DNA from: Pseudoalteromonas tetraodonis
Lineage (GTDB): Bacteria > Pseudomonadota > Gammaproteobacteria > Enterobacterales > Alteromonadaceae
Direction: 5' to 3'
Length of the DNA stretch: 32,000 nucleotides
Assembly (NCBI RefSeq): GCF_002310835.1
Contig: NZ_CP011041.1
Location: forward strand, 150,001 to 182,000
The notes under the pieces are model-generated. The model worked only from the letters and a program-made list of their open reading frames with translations, was not told where the DNA came from and searched no databases. The position numbers and the translations under genes are program-made. Of the stretch, positions 30,437 to 32,000 are shown in pieces (within the stretch, counting starts at the first letter, position 1; each line of letters starts with the position of its first letter).

Positions 30437-30895
30437 TTAACCGTGGGTTTCTATATGTTCGCTTAGTTTAGCTATGCGCAGGCTCATTCCTTCAATAATA
30501 CGGTCTTTAATTTTTTCGCGTATAACATTAGGTAGGCGGGTAAGGGCATCGGCAGTAATAGCCAGTACGATGGCATTTTCTTTGGCGCGTGCATTAATGC
30601 TGCGCTCTCGGTTATTAATAAACGCGCCCTCACCAATAAATTCACCAGGCTCTATACTACCCAGTTCCAGTAGGTGACTATGCTTAAACACCATCAAAGA
30701 GCCACTGAGGACAATAAAAAGTCGCTTGTCATTATCAAACTCTTTAAATAAAAACTGATTTTTACTTACTAAGTATAATAATCCAAACGACTCTAAAAGA
30801 ATTTGACGTTCATTAAGCGTGAACTCTTTAAAGAATTCTAAGCGATTTATAATTTCCATTTGCTTAAACAAAGGGATGTTTTCAATTAACTTCAT
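30437..30895 (-). CDS. Cyclic-nucleotide-binding (cNMP) domain-only protein
   Basis: CAP/PKA-type beta-roll signature (GEFIGEGAFINNRERSINARA...AIVLAI). At 152 aa it is too short to include an HTH. ATG 30895 lies 31 nt after the glnG stop, with no intervening terminator. Confidence 0.75.
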   Translation of the reverse strand: MKLIENIPLFKQMEIINRLEFFKEFTLNERQILLESFGLLYLVSKNQFLFKEFDNDKRLFIVLSGSLMVFKHSHLLELGSIEPGEFIGEGAFINNRERSINARAKENAIVLAITADALTRLPNVIREKIKDRIIEGMSLRIAKLSEHIETHG

Positions 30896-30926
30896 CAATA
30901 ACCTAGGGCGCTAGCCTTATAAAATA

Positions 30927-32000
30927 TCAGCTAATATTGCGCTCTTTTAATTTACGGGTCAACGTATTGCGACCCCAACCAATTTTTACCGCGGCTTCTT
31001 GCTTATGGCCTGAACAATTAGCGAGTGCTGTTTTTATTAAGCGGGTTTCCAGCTGGGCTTGAATATCCGGCCAAATATTTTCTTTACCTTGTTTAAACTC
31101 TTGATTAAGCCATTGCTGAAATGAATCTAGCCAATCGCCTTCTTGAGTTGCGGCGGCATTATCAATAATTTCAGGGGGTAAATCTTGCTCACCAATCAGC
31201 TCCCCAGGTGCCATTACGGTTAACCATCGACAGGTGTTTTCAAGCTGGCGAACATTTCCTGGCCAATTAAATAAACACAGTTGTTTAATCGCTTTAGGGC
31301 TAAGTACTTTACTATCTACTTGCAGGTCTTTTGCACTTTTATGTAAAAAGTGTAGCGCTAAGCGTTCTATGTCTTCGGGGCGCTCGCGTAGAGCCGGCAA
31401 GCGTAAGCGAACCACGTTTAAACGATGAAATAAGTCATCTCTAAACTTACCTTGTTTTACCAGCTCTTCTAAATTTTGGTGAGTGGCAGCAATGATGCGC
31501 ACATCCACTTTTATACTTTGATGGCCGCCAACGCGGTAAAACTCGCCATCGGCTAATACGCGTAACAAGCGGGTTTGTACATCAAGTGGCATATCACCTA
31601 TTTCATCCAAAAATAAGGTACCGCCATTGGCTTGTTCAAAGCGCCCTTTACGCACGCTATCGGCCCCCGTAAAAGCGCCTTTTTCATGGCCAAATAATTC
31701 AGACTCAACTAACTCTTTAGGAATAGCGGCCATATTAAGAGCAATAAATTGGTTTTCTTTACGCGGGCTGTGATTGTGCAAGGCGCTGGCAACCAACTCT
31801 TTACCGGTACCTGATTCACCATTGATGAGTACGCTCATACTGGATGCTGAGAGTTTGCCTATAGCACGAAACACTTCCTGCATAGCAGGGGCTTCGCCAA
31901 TAATATGAGCGCTTTTGGGTGGCGCGCTTTTTCGTTTGGTTTTTTTGGTCGAATTAGCACGATAGGCGCTTTCCACTAGCGCAACGGCTTCATTTAAATC
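30927..32000 (-). CDS. glnG: Nitrogen regulation protein NR(I), sigma-54-dependent response regulator (AAA+ and Fis-type HTH parts; N-terminus lies beyond the window)
   Basis: Long collinear identity with my recollection of E. coli NtrC: IIGEAPAMQ.VFR.IG.LS.SS.SVLINGESGTGKELVA.ALH.HSPR, GAFTGA motif, FLDEIGDMPLDVQTRLLRVLADG.FYRVGG, WPGNVRQLENTCRWLTVMA, GHKQEAA..LGWGRNTLTRKLKE. The frame is open to the window end. Confidence 0.93.
   Translation of the reverse strand, partial: DLNEAVALVESAYRANSTKKTKRKSAPPKSAHIIGEAPAMQEVFRAIGKLSASSMSVLINGESGTGKELVASALHNHSPRKENQFIALNMAAIPKELVESELFGHEKGAFTGADSVRKGRFEQANGGTLFLDEIGDMPLDVQTRLLRVLADGEFYRVGGHQSIKVDVRIIAATHQNLEELVKQGKFRDDLFHRLNVVRLRLPALRERPEDIERLALHFLHKSAKDLQVDSKVLSPKAIKQLCLFNWPGNVRQLENTCRWLTVMAPGELIGEQDLPPEIIDNAAATQEGDWLDSFQQWLNQEFKQGKENIWPDIQAQLETRLIKTALANCSGHKQEAAVKIGWGRNTLTRKLKERNIS

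Overview
The window looks like ordinary core chromosome of a marine gammaproteobacterium. About 41% GC by eye and the protein sequences suggest Alteromonadales or a Pseudoalteromonas-like organism; that attribution is inference. I support 36 protein-coding genes (two truncated by the window edges), several hairpin terminators, one strong promoter with a structured leader, and one short microsatellite. I found no rRNA, tRNA, CRISPR array, transposase, integrase, phage gene or recognisable defence or toxin-antitoxin module.

Gene order:
- Partial CNNM/CBS transporter, REC-EAL phosphodiesterase, M50 (site-2) protease, atoE-like transporter, cheV.
- 2TM K+ channel with a coupled 63-aa membrane peptide, alpha/beta-hydrolase-like protein, EVE-domain protein, tesB, plsB.
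- A complete 11-gene S10 ribosomal-protein operon (rpsJ to rpsQ).
- A large secreted multidomain endonuclease-I protein, cysJIH, a DUF4124 protein, acnA.
- Small membrane proteins, a ybcJ-like S4 protein, two unknowns, a cNMP-binding-domain-only protein, and partial glnG (ntrC).

I did not find a convincing novel multi-gene system. The observations most worth a second look are:
- The S10 operon is detached from both of its usual neighbours (str/tuf and spc).
- Its leader looks like an L4-type attenuator.
- The nuclease has an unusual domain architecture, and a (GAAGCCC)n repeat sits in its 3' UTR.
- An SD-sequestering hairpin and a shared 11-mer lie in front of an unknown lipoprotein gene.
- A cNMP-binding protein appears to be co-transcribed with glnG.
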